Positions 18,703 to 29,268 of a stretch of DNA of 64,000 nt are shown here, in pieces. Both the position numbers and the translations under genes were made by a program. The DNA comes from an uncultured Actinomycetes bacterium (lineage in GTDB: Bacteria; Actinomycetota; Thermoleophilia; Solirubrobacterales; 70-9). The notes under the pieces were generated by a model. It was not told where the DNA came from. It did no database searches and worked only from the letters and a program-made list of their open reading frames with translations. The stretch spans positions 28,946 through 92,945 of the forward strand of contig CAVUPJ010000005.1 in NCBI GenBank assembly GCA_963743455.1, read 5' to 3'. The stretch's first letter is position 1. Each line of letters begins with the position of its first letter.

Positions 18703-19719
18703 GTGGGTCGCCTCGACGAGCTCGACCTCTCCCTGTCGCTGACTCGCAAGGAGGAGGCGCGGGCCCTCGACCGCGCCTGGGAGCGGCTCGCCCAGCTCCG
18801 CCTGACCCTCGGCGGCCAGATCGGCGAGCGCCGGCTCGGGCCGCCGGTGTGCGTGGTGTTCGAGGGCTGGGACGCCTCGGGCAAGGGCGGGGCGATCAAG
18901 CGGCTCGTGGCCCAGATGGATCCTCGTCACGTGCGGGTGGTCCAGTTCGCAGCCCCGACGCCCGACGAGAAGCGCCATCACTTCCTGGCGCGGTTCTTCC
19001 AGGTGCTGCCCGGCTGGGGCGGGATGGCCATCTTCGACCGCTCCTGGTACGGGCGGGTGCTGGTCGAGCGCGTCGAGGGCTTCGCCACCCGCGAGCAGTG
19101 GCTTCGCGCCTACGACGAGATCAACGGGTTCGAGCGGACGCTCGCGGAGGAGGGGATGGTCCTGGTCAAGCTCTGGCTCCAGATCTCCGACGAGGAGCAG
19201 CTGAAGCGCTTCGAGCGGCGAAAGAAGGACCCGCTGAAGACGTGGAAGCTGACCGACGAGGATTGGCGCAACCGCGACAAGCGTGGCGCCTACGAGGAGG
19301 CGGTCGAGGACATGCTCGCCCGCACCGACCAGCCCTACGCCCCGTGGAGCCTGATCGAGGCCAACTCGAAGCGCCACGCCCGCGTGAAGGTGATCGAGAC
19401 GGTGATCGAGCGCATCGAGGCGGGTATGGAGCAGTGGGGCATGGAGCCCCCGCCGCCGCTGGGCCGGCCGCGGACGACTGAGAGGACGCGACCGGTCGGC
19501 GCCTGGCTCAGAGGATGGGCAGGTAGCGCTCGAGCTCCCACCTGGTCACCTGGACCCGGTACTCCTCCCACTCCTCTCGCTTCAGGTCCACGTAGCGCTC
19601 GAAGATGTGGTCCCCCAGCGCCTTGCGGACCAGCGCCGACGCCGCCAGCTCCTCGATCGCCTCGCCGAGCGTCTCCGGGAGCTGCTCGATGCCGCGGGCG
19701 ACGCGCTCGTCGTGGGTGA
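18703..19719 (+). CDS. Polyphosphate kinase 2 (PPK2) family; 3' end probably over-extended
   Basis: VFEGWDASGKGG, FDRSWYGRVLVERVEGF and WKLTDEDWRNR are present. After about residue 255 the ORF turns low-complexity and overlaps glnA convergently. An out-of-frame TGA sits at 19479-19481. Confidence 0.85.
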   Translation: MGRLDELDLSLSLTRKEEARALDRAWERLAQLRLTLGGQIGERRLGPPVCVVFEGWDASGKGGAIKRLVAQMDPRHVRVVQFAAPTPDEKRHHFLARFFQVLPGWGGMAIFDRSWYGRVLVERVEGFATREQWLRAYDEINGFERTLAEEGMVLVKLWLQISDEEQLKRFERRKKDPLKTWKLTDEDWRNRDKRGAYEEAVEDMLARTDQPYAPWSLIEANSKRHARVKVIETVIERIEAGMEQWGMEPPPPLGRPRTTERTRPVGAWLRGWAGSARAPTWSPGPGTPPTPLASGPRSARRCGPPAPCGPAPTPPAPRSPRRASPGAARCRGRRARRG

Positions 19720-20876
19720 GGTCGTACAGGTTCGACTCCATCGGCTCGGGGCATTCGTAGCCCTGCTCGATCCCATCCAGCCCCGCGTGCAGCATCGCCG
19801 CGAAGGTCAGGTACGGGTTGCACGAGGGGTCGGGGCAGCGCAGCTCGCAGCGCGTCGCCTGCTCCTTGCCCGGGTGGTAGACCGGCACGCGGACCAGGGC
19901 GGAGCGGTTTCGCTGCGACCAAGCGCAGTAGACCGGCGCCTCGTAGCCCGGGACGAGGCGCTTGTAGCTGTTCACGTTCGGCGCGAACAGGGCGGAGATC
20001 TCACGCGCGTGCCGGAGCAGGCCGGCGATGTACGCCTTCGCCGACGCCCGACAGGTGGTAGGTGTCGTCGGGATCGAAGAACGCGTTCGAGCCCCCTGAG
20101 AACAGCGACTGGTGCGTGTGCATGCCCGAGCCGTTCTCGCCGAACAGGGGCTTCGGCATGAAGGTCGCGTAGACGCCGTGCTGGTTGGCGATCTCCTTGA
20201 CCACGATCCGGTAGGTCATCGCGTTGTCGGACATCCGCAGCCCCTCGGCGTAGCGCATGTCGATCTCGTGCTGGGAGGGCCCGACCTCGTGGTGCGTGTA
20301 CTCGACCGGGATCCCGACCGCCTTCAGCGCGTTGACCGTGTCGCGGCGCAGGTCGGAGGCGGCGTCGAGCGTGGTGAGGTCGAAGTACCCGCCCTTGTCG
20401 AGGATCGTCGGCACCCCGGACTCGTCGAGCTCGTCGCTCGCGAAGTAGAAGTACTCGAGCTCGGGGCCGATGTTGTAGGTGTCGAACCCCATCTCCTCGG
20501 CGCGGGCCAGGGCGCGCCGCATCACGAAGCGCGGATCGCCCTCGTACGGCTCGCGGTCGGGCGTCAGGATGTCGCAGAACATCCTCGCGACGTTGCCCTT
20601 GTTGCCGTCGGTCCGCCACGGCAGCACCGCGTACGTGTCCGGGTCGGGCATGGCGATCATGTCCGACTCCTCGATCCGGTTGAAGCCGGTGATCGAGGAG
20701 CCGTCGAAGCCCATGCCCTCGGCCAGCGCTCCCTCGAGCTCCTCGCGACCGACCGCGAAGCTCTTCAGCTGCCCCATGATGTCGGTGAACCAGAGGCGAA
20801 TGAACTCGACCCCGTCCTCGTCGACTCGTCGCAGCGCCTCGTCCTGGCCGGCGCCCGGCTTGGTGATGGCTTCCAT
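19508..20876 (-). CDS. glnA: Glutamine synthetase type I; frame broken near 20040
   Basis: ORF 20001..20876 (FTDIMGQLKSF...GENGSGMHTHQSLF) joins ORF 19508..19975 (NSYKRLVPGYEAPVY...RNRSALVRVP). One extra G in GAAGGCG explains the break. Confidence 0.92.
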
Positions 20877-20911
20877 CTGTCGGTGTCTCCTTTGTTCTTC
20901 CGTTTCGTTGC

Positions 20912-21280
20912 CTAGGCCGGGATCTCCGCCTCGGTGTGCGCCTGGAGGACCTCCTCGCCCTCCTCGCCGGTTCGGATGCGGATCGCCTCCTCGACGGGGC
21001 TGACGAACACCTTCCCGTCGCCGACCTCACCCGTGCGGGCGTGCTTGAGGATCGTCTCGACCACCACGGACTTGTCCTTGTCGTCGACGACGACCTCGAG
21101 CTTCAGCTTCGGCCGCACGTTGACGGTGAGGGTCGAGCCGCGGTAGTGCTCGACGATCCCCTTCTGGCGACCGGAGCCCTTGACCTCGCCGATCGAGAGT
21201 GAGGGGAATCCCTTCTCGAGCAGCTCGGCCCGGATTGGCTCGAACGCCTCGTGGCGGATGTAGGCGGTGATCATCTTCAT
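20912..21280 (-). CDS. glnK: P-II nitrogen regulatory protein
   Basis: Intact 122-aa ORF (MKMITAYIRHEAFEPIRAELLEKG...GDGKVFVSPVEEAIRIRTGE). Lies immediately downstream of amt. Confidence 0.9.
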   Translation of the reverse strand: MKMITAYIRHEAFEPIRAELLEKGFPSLSIGEVKGSGRQKGIVEHYRGSTLTVNVRPKLKLEVVVDDKDKSVVVETILKHARTGEVGDGKVFVSPVEEAIRIRTGEEGEEVLQAHTEAEIPA

Positions 21281-21314
21281 TTGGTCATCCCTTCCTGTGG
21301 TCTCGGCCGGCCGC

Positions 21315-22857
21315 TCATGTCTCGGCCGGCCGTTCGGCCGTCATTGCGGTGGCGGTCGCCCCGACCGGCGTGCTTGGGGCCGGCGTGGGCGCGGCGCCCG
21401 GGTACTCCGGCTGCGGAATGAACTGCTCCGGGTAGCCGTACATGCCGTGCTCGGAGATGTCCAGGCCCGCGTCCTCCTCCTCCTCCGAGACCCGGAGGCC
21501 GTACGTCTTCTTGATCACCCAGAAGGTCGCGAAGCTGAGCGAGAAGGCGAACAGGAAGGCGATCGCGAACCCGATGCACTGGGCGGCGAGCTGCGTGAAG
21601 TGGCCGGAGTACCAAAGGCCGCCCTCCGGGTCGCCGAAGGCGTTGTACTGGGCCAGCCGCGGCGCGGTGAAGATCCCGCACGAGACCGTTCCCCAGATCC
21701 CCGCCAGGCCGTGCGCCGACAGGGCGCCGACCGGGTCGTCGATCAGCTTGTCGATCGCGTAGACGCCCAGCACGACGATCACCCCGGCGACCGCGCCGAT
21801 GATCGGCGCCGCCCAGATCTCGACGTAGCCGGACGGGGCGGTGATCGCCACCAGCGCGGCGATCGCGCCGTTGCCGGCCATGCCGATGTCGATCGCCCCG
21901 GTCTTGATCCTGGCCGTGGCGACGGCGGCGAGCACCCCCGCCGCCGCGGCGAGGTTGGTGATCATGAGGATCTCGGCGAAGCGCCCGTCGAGTGCGTTCA
22001 GGGTCGAGCCCGGGTTGAACCCGAACCACCCCAGCCACAGGATCAGGACGCCCAGCCCGAACAGCGGCATGCTGTGGCCCGGGATCGCGCGAGGCTTGCC
22101 ATCCCGCCCGTACTTGCCCTTCCGCGGCCCGAGCAGCAGCAGGGCGGCGAACGCTCCGCTGGCGCCGATCAGGTGGACGGCCGTGGAACCGGCGAAGTCC
22201 TGCATCCCGACGATCGAGGTGCCGAGCCAGTCGCCGTTCTGGAGGAAGCCGCCGCCGAACACCCAGTGGGCGCCGATCGGATAGATGATCGTCGCGAAGA
22301 CCGCCGAGTAGATGATGTAGACGCCGAACTTGATCCGCTCCAGGGTCGTGCCCCAGACGATCGCCAGGGAGACGGCGCAGAAGACGAACTGGAAGAACCA
22401 CTTCGACTCGATCGTCGCGTCGGAGAGCGCCATCACCGGGAAGCTGGGGTGGAACAGGGTGACGCCGTCAGCGGTCGTGCTGTAGGCGCCGAGGTCCGAG
22501 AAGAAGAAGCCCCCGTCGTGTCCGATGAAGCTGCCCAGCGGGCCACCGAAGGCGAACGCGAAGCCGACCGCCCACCAGCAGATCGCGGCGATGCCGAAGT
22601 TGGTGAGGATCTTGGCCACCACCGTGCCCGCGTTCTTGGCCCTGGAGAAGCCGATCTCCAGGAAGGCGAAGCCCGCCTGCATGAACATCACCAGGCGAGC
22701 CGGCGAGGATCACCCAGATCGTGTTGATGCCGACCGACGGCTCCAGCTTGCCGGCGATCGCCTTGTTGAGATCGGTGGCGTCGGCGAACGCCGTGCCGGG
22801 TATGGCCAGCAGGGCCAGCGCCACGAGCGGCAACAACGCGAGATACCTTCTTCTCAT
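21315..22857 (-). CDS. amt: Ammonium transporter (Amt family) with signal peptide; frame broken near 22695
   Basis: ORF 21315..22691 (FMQAGFAFLEIG...DFAGSTAVHLIGA...GFNPGS). The N-terminal MRRRYLALLPLVALALLAIPGTAFA comes from ORF 22468..22878. Confidence 0.92.
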
Positions 22858-23112
22858 CCGTGCTCCTCCTAGGCCCACCGGGCACCATGGCCCGGTGGTC
22901 GCGGTTTCAGGACCGGATGCGAAGTTAGGCGCGAGCGGCCGGGAAGTCTTTAGCCCTGTGTCGAGACTTCTGCCGCGCGCTTTGTACCGATGGTCGAATC
23001 CCCCTGCACCGCGAGCGTGGACCGGATGGCCAGGGGCAGGCGCTTTCCGCCGACGGGCGTGCAGCGTCTCCGGTGGTACGGTCGCAGTAGCTCACCTACG
23101 GAGGAGAGGACG

Positions 23113-24574
23113 ATGGGAGAGCGAAGCGTCGACGAGGAGCGGCTCGCGCCGGCTCTTGAGGCGAGTTGCGCGCCGACAGGCGGCCGCGCTCTCGCGTGGC
23201 CGGCCGTCCTGCTGCTGCTGGTGACGGCGACCGCGCTCGCGGTGACCGGCGACCTCACCCAGCCCGCGGGGGCGGCCGGCTGCATCAGCGAGACGGGGGC
23301 GGGGCCCTGCGCCGACGGCCACGGGCTCATCGATCCGCGCGAGGTGGCGGTGAGCCCGGACGGGAAGAGCGTCTACGTCGCCTCGTGGGACTTCGATCTC
23401 TGCGACGCGGACCGCAGCGCCGTGGCGCGCTTCAACCGCGACCCGACCACGGGGGCGATCAGCCAGCCCGCGGGGGCGGCCGGCTGCGTGAGCGAGACGG
23501 GTGCGGGGCCCTGCGCCGACGGCCATGCGCTCGGTCGGTGCTGTGGTCGGTGGCGGTCAGCCCCGACGGGAAGAGCGTCTACGTCGCCAGCGGCGGCGGG
23601 CCGTGGCGCGCTTCGTCCGCAACCCGACCACCGGGGCGATCAGCCAGCCCGCCGGGGCGGCCGGCTGCATCAGCGAGGACGGCACGGCGGGCCATGCGCC
23701 GACGGCCATGCGCTCGGCCGGCGCGCATCGGTGGCGGTGAGCCCGGACGGGAAGAGCGTCTACGTCGCCTCGTTCACCGACCCAGTGAACGGCAGCTGGC
23801 GCGCCTCAACCGCAACACGACCACCGGGGCGATCAGCCAGCCCGCGGGAGCGGCCGGCTGCGTCAGCGAGACGGGTGCGGGGCGCTGCGCCGACGGGCAC
23901 GGACTCGGTGTGCCGACCGGGCGTGGCGGTCAGCCCGGACGGAAAGAGCGTCTACGTCGCCTCGCGCGGACCCACCTGGCGGAAACGGCCGTGGCGCGCC
24001 TCAACCGCAACACGACCACGGGGGCGATCAGCCAGCCCGCCGGGGCGGCCGGCTGCGTGAGCGACGAGGGGGCGGGGCCGTGCGCCAACGGGCATGGCGC
24101 TCGACGCAGCCGTCCTCGGTGGCGGTGAGCCCCGACGGGAAGACCGTCTACGCCGTCTCGCGATTGATACAGCGACGCCGATGGTGCGCTTCCAGCGCAA
24201 CACGACCACGGGGCGATCGCCAGCCCGGCGACCTCCCCGGCTGCGTCAGCGAGAGCGGGGCGGGACACTGCTACAACGGCCACGGGCTCGACGGGGCGAC
24301 CTCGGTGGCGGTCAGCGCGGACGGAAGAGCGTCTACGTCGCCTCGGGGCGACAGCGCACGCCGTGGCGCGCCTCAACCGCAGCACGACCACGGAGTCGAT
24401 CACCCAGCCCGACGGGAACGGCACGGGCTGCGTCAGCGAGGACGGGGCGGGGGGCTGCGCCGACGGCCACGGGCTCGCTGCCGACGCCGCTCTTCGGTGG
24501 CGGTCGCCCCGGACGGCAAGAGCGTCTACGTCGCCTCAGGCCTCGCCGTGGCGCGTTTCAACCGGGCGCCCTGA
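23113..24574 (+). CDS. Seven-repeat beta-propeller-like secreted protein with Cys-loop motif; frame broken at least 10 times
   Basis: ATG 23113 follows GGAGGAGAGG, then a TM/signal segment. The unit VARFNR.PTTGAISQPAGAAGCVSETGAGPCADGHAL...VAVSPDGKSVYVAS recurs 7 times across ORFs 22990, 23166, 23501, 24080, 24094 and 24363. Confidence 0.7.
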
Positions 24575-24607
24575 CGGGCTGCCTCGGCTTCGCTCGAAGG
24601 ACCGCTC

Positions 24608-25487
24608 TCACGCGGTGACGCCCGCCGAGGCCGCCGCGGGCGCGATCTCGAGCTCCCCGCCCTCCATGCCCATCTCGACCAGGGCGGGGTCGCCGCCCAG
24701 CTCCTCCCAGCGGCGGCGGGCGGTGACGTGGAGGTCGTCGAGGAAGTCGTCGGAGTGCAGGGGGTCGTGGTGGAAGAGCAGGAGCCGCTTGGCGCCGACG
24801 CGGTTGGCGAAGGTCAGGGTGTCGCTCGATCCGGGAGTGGCCCCAGCCGATGTGCTCGGGGTACTCCTCGTCGGTGTACTGGCAGTCGTGGATCAAGAGG
24901 TCGGCGTCGCGAGCCAGGTCGTACCCGGAGATCCACTCCGGCTCCAGGTCGGCGAGGCTCGCGCCCAGCGCGGGCTCGTGGTCGGGGATGTAGCAGAGCG
25001 TGGTGTCGCCCTCGGTGATCCGGAAGCCGAGGGTCGGGCCGCGGTGGTTGACGGCCTCCGTGTGGATCGTCGCCGAGCCGACCTGCCACTCGCTCGGCGG
25101 CGTGTCGCGAAAGGAGACCGAGCAGGGCAGCTCGCGCACCTCGACCGGCGACAGCGGAGCGGAGATGTAGCGGGCGACCCGGTCCTCCAGCGAGGCCTCC
25201 GGCGAGGCGGGCCCCCAGATCGTGATCTCCACGCCGGAGCGAAAGCAGGGCGGGAAGAACATCAGGCCCTGGATGTGGTCCAGGTGCAGGTGGGTGAGCA
25301 GGATGTTGACCTTGGGCGCCGTGACCAGGTCGAGGCCAAGCGTGCGAATGCCGGTGCCGGCGTCGAGGATCAGGTCCTCGCCGCTGTCGAGGGTGAGCTG
25401 CACGCATGAGGTGTTTCCGCCGTAGCGGTTCATCTTCGGCCCCGGGGCGGGGACCGAGCCTCGCGCCCCCCAGACCTTGACCTTCAT
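24608..25487 (-). CDS. MBL-fold metallo-hydrolase; frame broken near 24840
   Basis: Starts at MKVKVWGARGS. Carries the motif THLHLDHIQG. The C-terminus FHHDPLHSDDFLDD...GVTA-TGA at 24608 is in a second frame. ATG 25487 overlaps the PAS gene stop (ATGA). Confidence 0.8.
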
Positions 25488-25915
25488 TGCCGCGCCTCCT
25501 CGCCGTGCTTCGAGTTCAGGGGCCAGAAAAGGATCATCGCCCCGGAGGATCCCTCCGGAGAGGCGACGATCGGAAAGGTGCTGGACTCGATCTTGTGCTC
25601 CGCTCCGCCGGCCGAACGGAGCCGGTAGATGCCGTGTTCGGGCCGGCCCGCCCGCACCGCCTGGGTCCCCGGCAGGTCGTCCAGCGGGATCGGCTGGCCA
25701 TCGCCGTCGACGGGCCCGTAGGTGGAGATCCATTCCTCCGGGTCCATGCGCCCCGCATCCTCGAACGAGCGCCCCAGCACGGCGCCCGCGGCCTCGTTGT
25801 AGAAGACCAGCGCGCCGTGATGGTCCAGCAGGAAGGCGGGCGTCGAGATGCTCGTCAGCAGGTTGCGGGCCAGGATCAGCTCCAGGGGCTTCTGGGCGCG
25901 AGCCGCCATCCGCAT
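25484..25915 (-). CDS. Stand-alone PAS domain protein
   Basis: Intact 143-aa ORF; LLTSISTPAFLLDHHGALVFYNEAAGAVLG...IYRLRSAGG is PAS-like. Confidence 0.65.
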   Translation of the reverse strand: MRMAARAQKPLELILARNLLTSISTPAFLLDHHGALVFYNEAAGAVLGRSFEDAGRMDPEEWISTYGPVDGDGQPIPLDDLPGTQAVRAGRPEHGIYRLRSAGGAEHKIESSTFPIVASPEGSSGAMILFWPLNSKHGEEARQ

Positions 25916-25981
25916 TCTTCCATCCCGCGGTCCACGGTTCTTCCACCCCGCGAGCCCAGCGGGCGACTTCGGTCGACTACG

Positions 25982-27405
25982 CTATGAGCTTGCGGGCCCG
26001 ACGCTCAGCGCGCGCAGCTCCTGGAGCGATTCATCGAGGCCGGCGGCGAGCTCCGCGACGCCGGGCACAACGCCGGGGTCCGTGCAGAAGCCGAAGCCCA
26101 TCCGGCCCGCCAGCGAGACCGCCGAGGCTCGCAGGGCGTGCCGGTCGGCGGGCTCGGCGACCGAGTAGAGCTCGGCGACGCGCCCGGTGAGCACGTGGAC
26201 GGGCTCCCTGGGGCCGGGCACGTTGGAGACGGACAGCGCGAACTCCCGGGGGCCCGAGGCCAGCTCGGAGGCGACCCGGTAGAGGGGTTGGACGTGCGAG
26301 AGGCTGTGGAAGAAGGAGTAGAGCTCGTCGGCATCGTGGTGCTGCTTGCGGCTCAGGGTCTGGGCGTTGATCGCCGCCAGCCGCTTCCGGGGATCGGGTT
26401 CCGCCACCGGCAGATCGCAGAACAGGAACGAGTCGCGGTTGCCGAGCTCGTCACGGTCCTCCCCCCGGTGATGCATGCTGACCGGGATCTGGACGCGCAT
26501 CGCCTGCATGGGCTCGTGGTGAGCGCCCAGCCAGCGCCGGATCGCTCCGGCGACCACGGCCAGGACGACGTCGTTGACCGTCACCCCGTTTCCCGCGGCG
26601 TGCTCGATTCGCTTCAGGTCGTCCAGCGCACAGGCGGTGAACGCCACCTCGCGTTCGCCGCCGATCCGGCGGTCGAACGCCGTCTCGGCACCCAGCGGCC
26701 AGAGCTCGCGCCGCAGGGTGGCGGGGAGAGTGGCCAGCCCGCGACCGGCATCGCGCCAGCGGCGCGGCGAGGCGGCCGCCCGGGCGCCCCCGGCCAGGGC
26801 GCCGCCGATGCCCCCGCAGCCGGCTGCGGGCGCCGGCGGCGAGCAGGCGCGACCTCCCGGGCACCGGCTCTGGCTTCCACGCGCCGGACGCCGGCGCGCC
26901 TGTCCTCGTCCGTGTCCCAGAGGAGCTCGGACAGCAGGCGCAGGAAGGTGACGCCGTCCGCGAGGCAGTGGTGGACGCGGATCACCAGCGCGGTGCGACC
27001 GTCCGAGAAGGGGCCGACGACGCTGATGGCCCAGAGCGGCCGCGCGTGATCGAGGCGCTCGGCCATCACGCGTCCGACCAATCGCATCAGCTGGGCGCGG
27101 TCGCTCACCGTCCCCGGAGCGGCGCGCACGTGATTGCGGACGTCGAAGTCCGGGTCGTCCACCCAGGCTGGGGCGGCCAGCCTCAGCGGCGTCGGAGCCA
27201 GGCGTTGCCGGGCGCGTGGCAGGCGCCCCAGCCGCGCCTCGACCCGGCTGCGCACGCGCTCCACGGTGAGCGGCTGCCCGTCGCGAGCCGGCTCGACGAT
27301 CGCCAGCTTCAGCGTGTGGCCGGCGATCGCGTCGGACTCGAGGCGCAGGATCCGGGCGTCGTCGGCGCTCAGTCGCTCCATCGTGTCAGGGGCCGCGCCC
27401 GTCAC
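25982..27405 (-). CDS. WS/DGAT wax ester synthase / diacylglycerol acyltransferase; frame broken near 26900 and 26810
   Basis: ORF 26614..27405 carries the catalytic HHCLADG. The C-half in ORF 25982..26647 has NDVVLAVVAGAIRRW and SNVPGP. The GTG start overlaps the cupredoxin stop (GTGA). Confidence 0.85.
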
Positions 27406-27927
27406 GGGCGCATCCAGTGCCCCTCGCTAGTAACCGTAGCCGCCGCCGCACCGTGGTGGATGGTCATCGTGGCACCGCCCGCGTGCATCGCTCCTGCGCC
27501 GCCGCCGCCTGCGCCGCCTGCCGCCCTGACGGTGATCTCACCCTCCATGCCGAGGTCTCGGTGGTTGCCGACCGGGCAGTACATCTCGTAGCTTCCGGGC
27601 TGCGACAGATCGACGGTCAGCGTGCCGCTCTCGCCGGGGCCGAGGTCCTGCTCGAGCTCCTCCTCGCCCTTCGGCCCCTCGACCTCGAGGTTGTGGGCGA
27701 CGCCGCCGTCGTTCGTGACCTTGAACGAGACGGTGCCGGGCTGCACGGTCGGGTCGGAGGGGTCGAGCTCGTAGTCGGTCTCGCTGATGTTCACCGTCTG
27801 CCCACCGGCCGCTCGCCGCGGTGCCCGGCCGAGGTGGTCTCGTTGTCGTCACCGCCGCAGCCGCTCGCGAGCATCAGCGCCGCGGCGGTGACGCGGCAGG
27901 GCGACCAGGGAGAGTCTCGACTCTCAT
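27402..27927 (-). CDS. Cupredoxin (type-1 copper) lipoprotein with Gly/His/Met-rich tail; frame broken near 27890 and 27800
   Basis: ORF 27402..27794 holds the ligands H(NLEV)...YCPVGNH...GM. The upstream frame gives the lipobox LMLASGC. ATG 27927 overlaps the anti-sigma stop (ATGA). Confidence 0.7.
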
Positions 27928-28622
27928 GCGGTCGCCCTCGGGCACCTGGCGCTTCGGGGCGCGGACGGGGCAGGGGCGCCACGTAGGTCTTGGAGCCGGC
28001 TCGCAGGCCGATTGCGGTGGCATCGACCGGCGCCAGGGCGGAGCTGAGGTGGTCGCCCTCGCCGTCGTAGACGTAGCGAAACGACCCGGCGGGGACCCGC
28101 TTGCCGCTCGAGCTGCGCAGCCACACCTGGCAGAGGGCGCCGGGCCGGAAGCCGTACACCTTGACGCTGACCTCGCTTCCCCACGGGCGGGGCGCGAGGG
28201 TGGCCTCGGCGAAGACGCCGCGCGGCAGCGACCGGAAGGCGACCGTCTCGGCACGGGTGCTCTGGTCCGAGCCCGTCGATGTGACGAGCACGGCGACCAC
28301 GGCCCCCACCGCGGCGACGGTGGCCGCGGCCAGCGCGAGCTTCACGCGGCTCCGTCTGCGGCGCTCGGCGCGGCGCTCCGCAGCGATCCGGTCGGACGAT
28401 CCGCTCCCCGAGCCGCGGCGGGGGCGCGGGCGCCTGCGCGAGCCGGTCCGGATCGGCGCGGCTGAGCAGCGACGCCAGCGGGGCGAGCGCCTCGGCCTCG
28501 GCCCGGCACCCTGGACACCCATCGAGATGGGCCTCCGTGGCGAACCGCTCCGCCTCGGGGAGCTGGCCCAAGACCAGCGCGCCGATCCGCTCCCGCCACT
28601 CGCGGCACCCCTCAGCCTTCAT
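27924..28622 (-). CDS. Anti-sigma factor (zf-HC2 N-terminus, single TM, extracytoplasmic domain); internal frame breaks
   Basis: ORF 27924..28622 N-terminus is CREWRERIGALVLG...HLDGCPGC. The TM and periplasmic part (VKLALAAATVAAVGAVVAVLV...) lie in ORF 27791..28522. Confidence 0.65.
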   Translation of the reverse strand: MKAEGCREWRERIGALVLGQLPEAERFATEAHLDGCPGCRAEAEALAPLASLLSRADPDRLAQAPAPPPRLGERIVRPDRCGAPRRAPQTEPREARAGRGHRRRGGGRGRRARHIDGLGPEHPCRDGRLPVAAARRLRRGHPRAPPVGKRGQRQGVRLPARRPLPGVAAQLERQAGPRRVVSLRLRRRGRPPQLRPGAGRCHRNRPASRLQDLRGAPAPSAPRSARCPRATA

Positions 28623-29154
28623 AGCCCATCTCCTCGAGCGCGTTGCGAAGCGCCTTCAGCCCGTAGTAGACGCGGCTCTTGATGGTGCCCTCGGGCACGC
28701 CCAGCTCCTCCGCGACCTCGGCGTACGGGCGCCCGCGAAGGTAGGTCTCGACGAGGACGCGGCGATGCTGCGCGCCGATCCGGCGCAGGGCTTCCTCGAC
28801 CTGCCAGGTGAGCAGCATCTCCTCGAACGGCTCGTGGCCCAGCTCGGGCAGGTCTGCCCCAACCCTCGGCCTCGCCGCGCGGGCGCGGCCCAGGTCGGTG
28901 ACCACGTTGCGCATGATCGCGAACAGCCAGGTTCGCAGCGAGCCGAGCTCGGGATCGAAGCGATCTCCGGCCCTCCAGGCTCGCAGAAAGGTGTCCTGAA
29001 CCGCCTCCTCGGCGAGCGCCGAGTCGCCCAGCGACCGCAGCGCGAAGCCGTACAGCTCGCCCGCGTGGGCCGCGTACGCCTCGCGGACGCCCGTTTCATC
29101 GGTGAGGAAGGCGTCAGTCATCGGCCCGGCGCTGTGGTTCGTGGATCCGCACAC
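28612..29154 (-). CDS. ECF-type RNA polymerase sigma-70 factor
   Basis: Intact ORF. Region 2 is EEAVQDTFLRAWR...LRTWLFAIMRN; region 4 is YAEVAEELGVPEGTIKSRVYYGLKAL. An alternative start is ATG 29121. Confidence 0.9.
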   Translation of the reverse strand: MCGSTNHSAGPMTDAFLTDETGVREAYAAHAGELYGFALRSLGDSALAEEAVQDTFLRAWRAGDRFDPELGSLRTWLFAIMRNVVTDLGRARAARPRVGADLPELGHEPFEEMLLTWQVEEALRRIGAQHRRVLVETYLRGRPYAEVAEELGVPEGTIKSRVYYGLKALRNALEEMGYEG

Positions 29155-29268
29155 CTGCCAGTAATACCGCCCCGAGGCGGCCCGAGTTCAACCCATACAC
29201 GCCTCCGGGCGCCATCTCCGGGCACGGATTCTCAAGCACCCCCACGAGGGAGCCGATAGGCAGCCCGA

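Noticed and set aside
19482-19719. C-terminal roughly 80 codons of the PPK2 ORF overlapping glnA convergently
   Set aside because: The sequence after the conserved PPK2 core is Pro/Arg/Gly-rich and overlaps a strongly supported gene. It is probably read-through caused by a frame error rather than a real extension.
22858-23112. Looked for GlnR-type boxes (gTnAc-n6-GaAAc) or other nitrogen-regulator sites upstream of amt-glnK-glnA
   Set aside because: I found only isolated half-site-like pentamers (TAAC, GAAAC) with wrong spacing, which is not convincing without a matrix search.
23113-24574. Periodic roughly 190-nt repeats; considered as satellite or non-coding tandem repeat
   Set aside because: Each unit translates, in one frame or another, to the same conserved peptide motif. 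They are protein repeats of a single broken gene.
29155-29268. Possible autoregulated ECF promoter (TGAAC ... CGGTAT) upstream of the sigma factor gene
   Set aside because: The spacer length and the -10 element do not fit the common AAC-N16/17-CGT pattern well. It is too weak to annotate.
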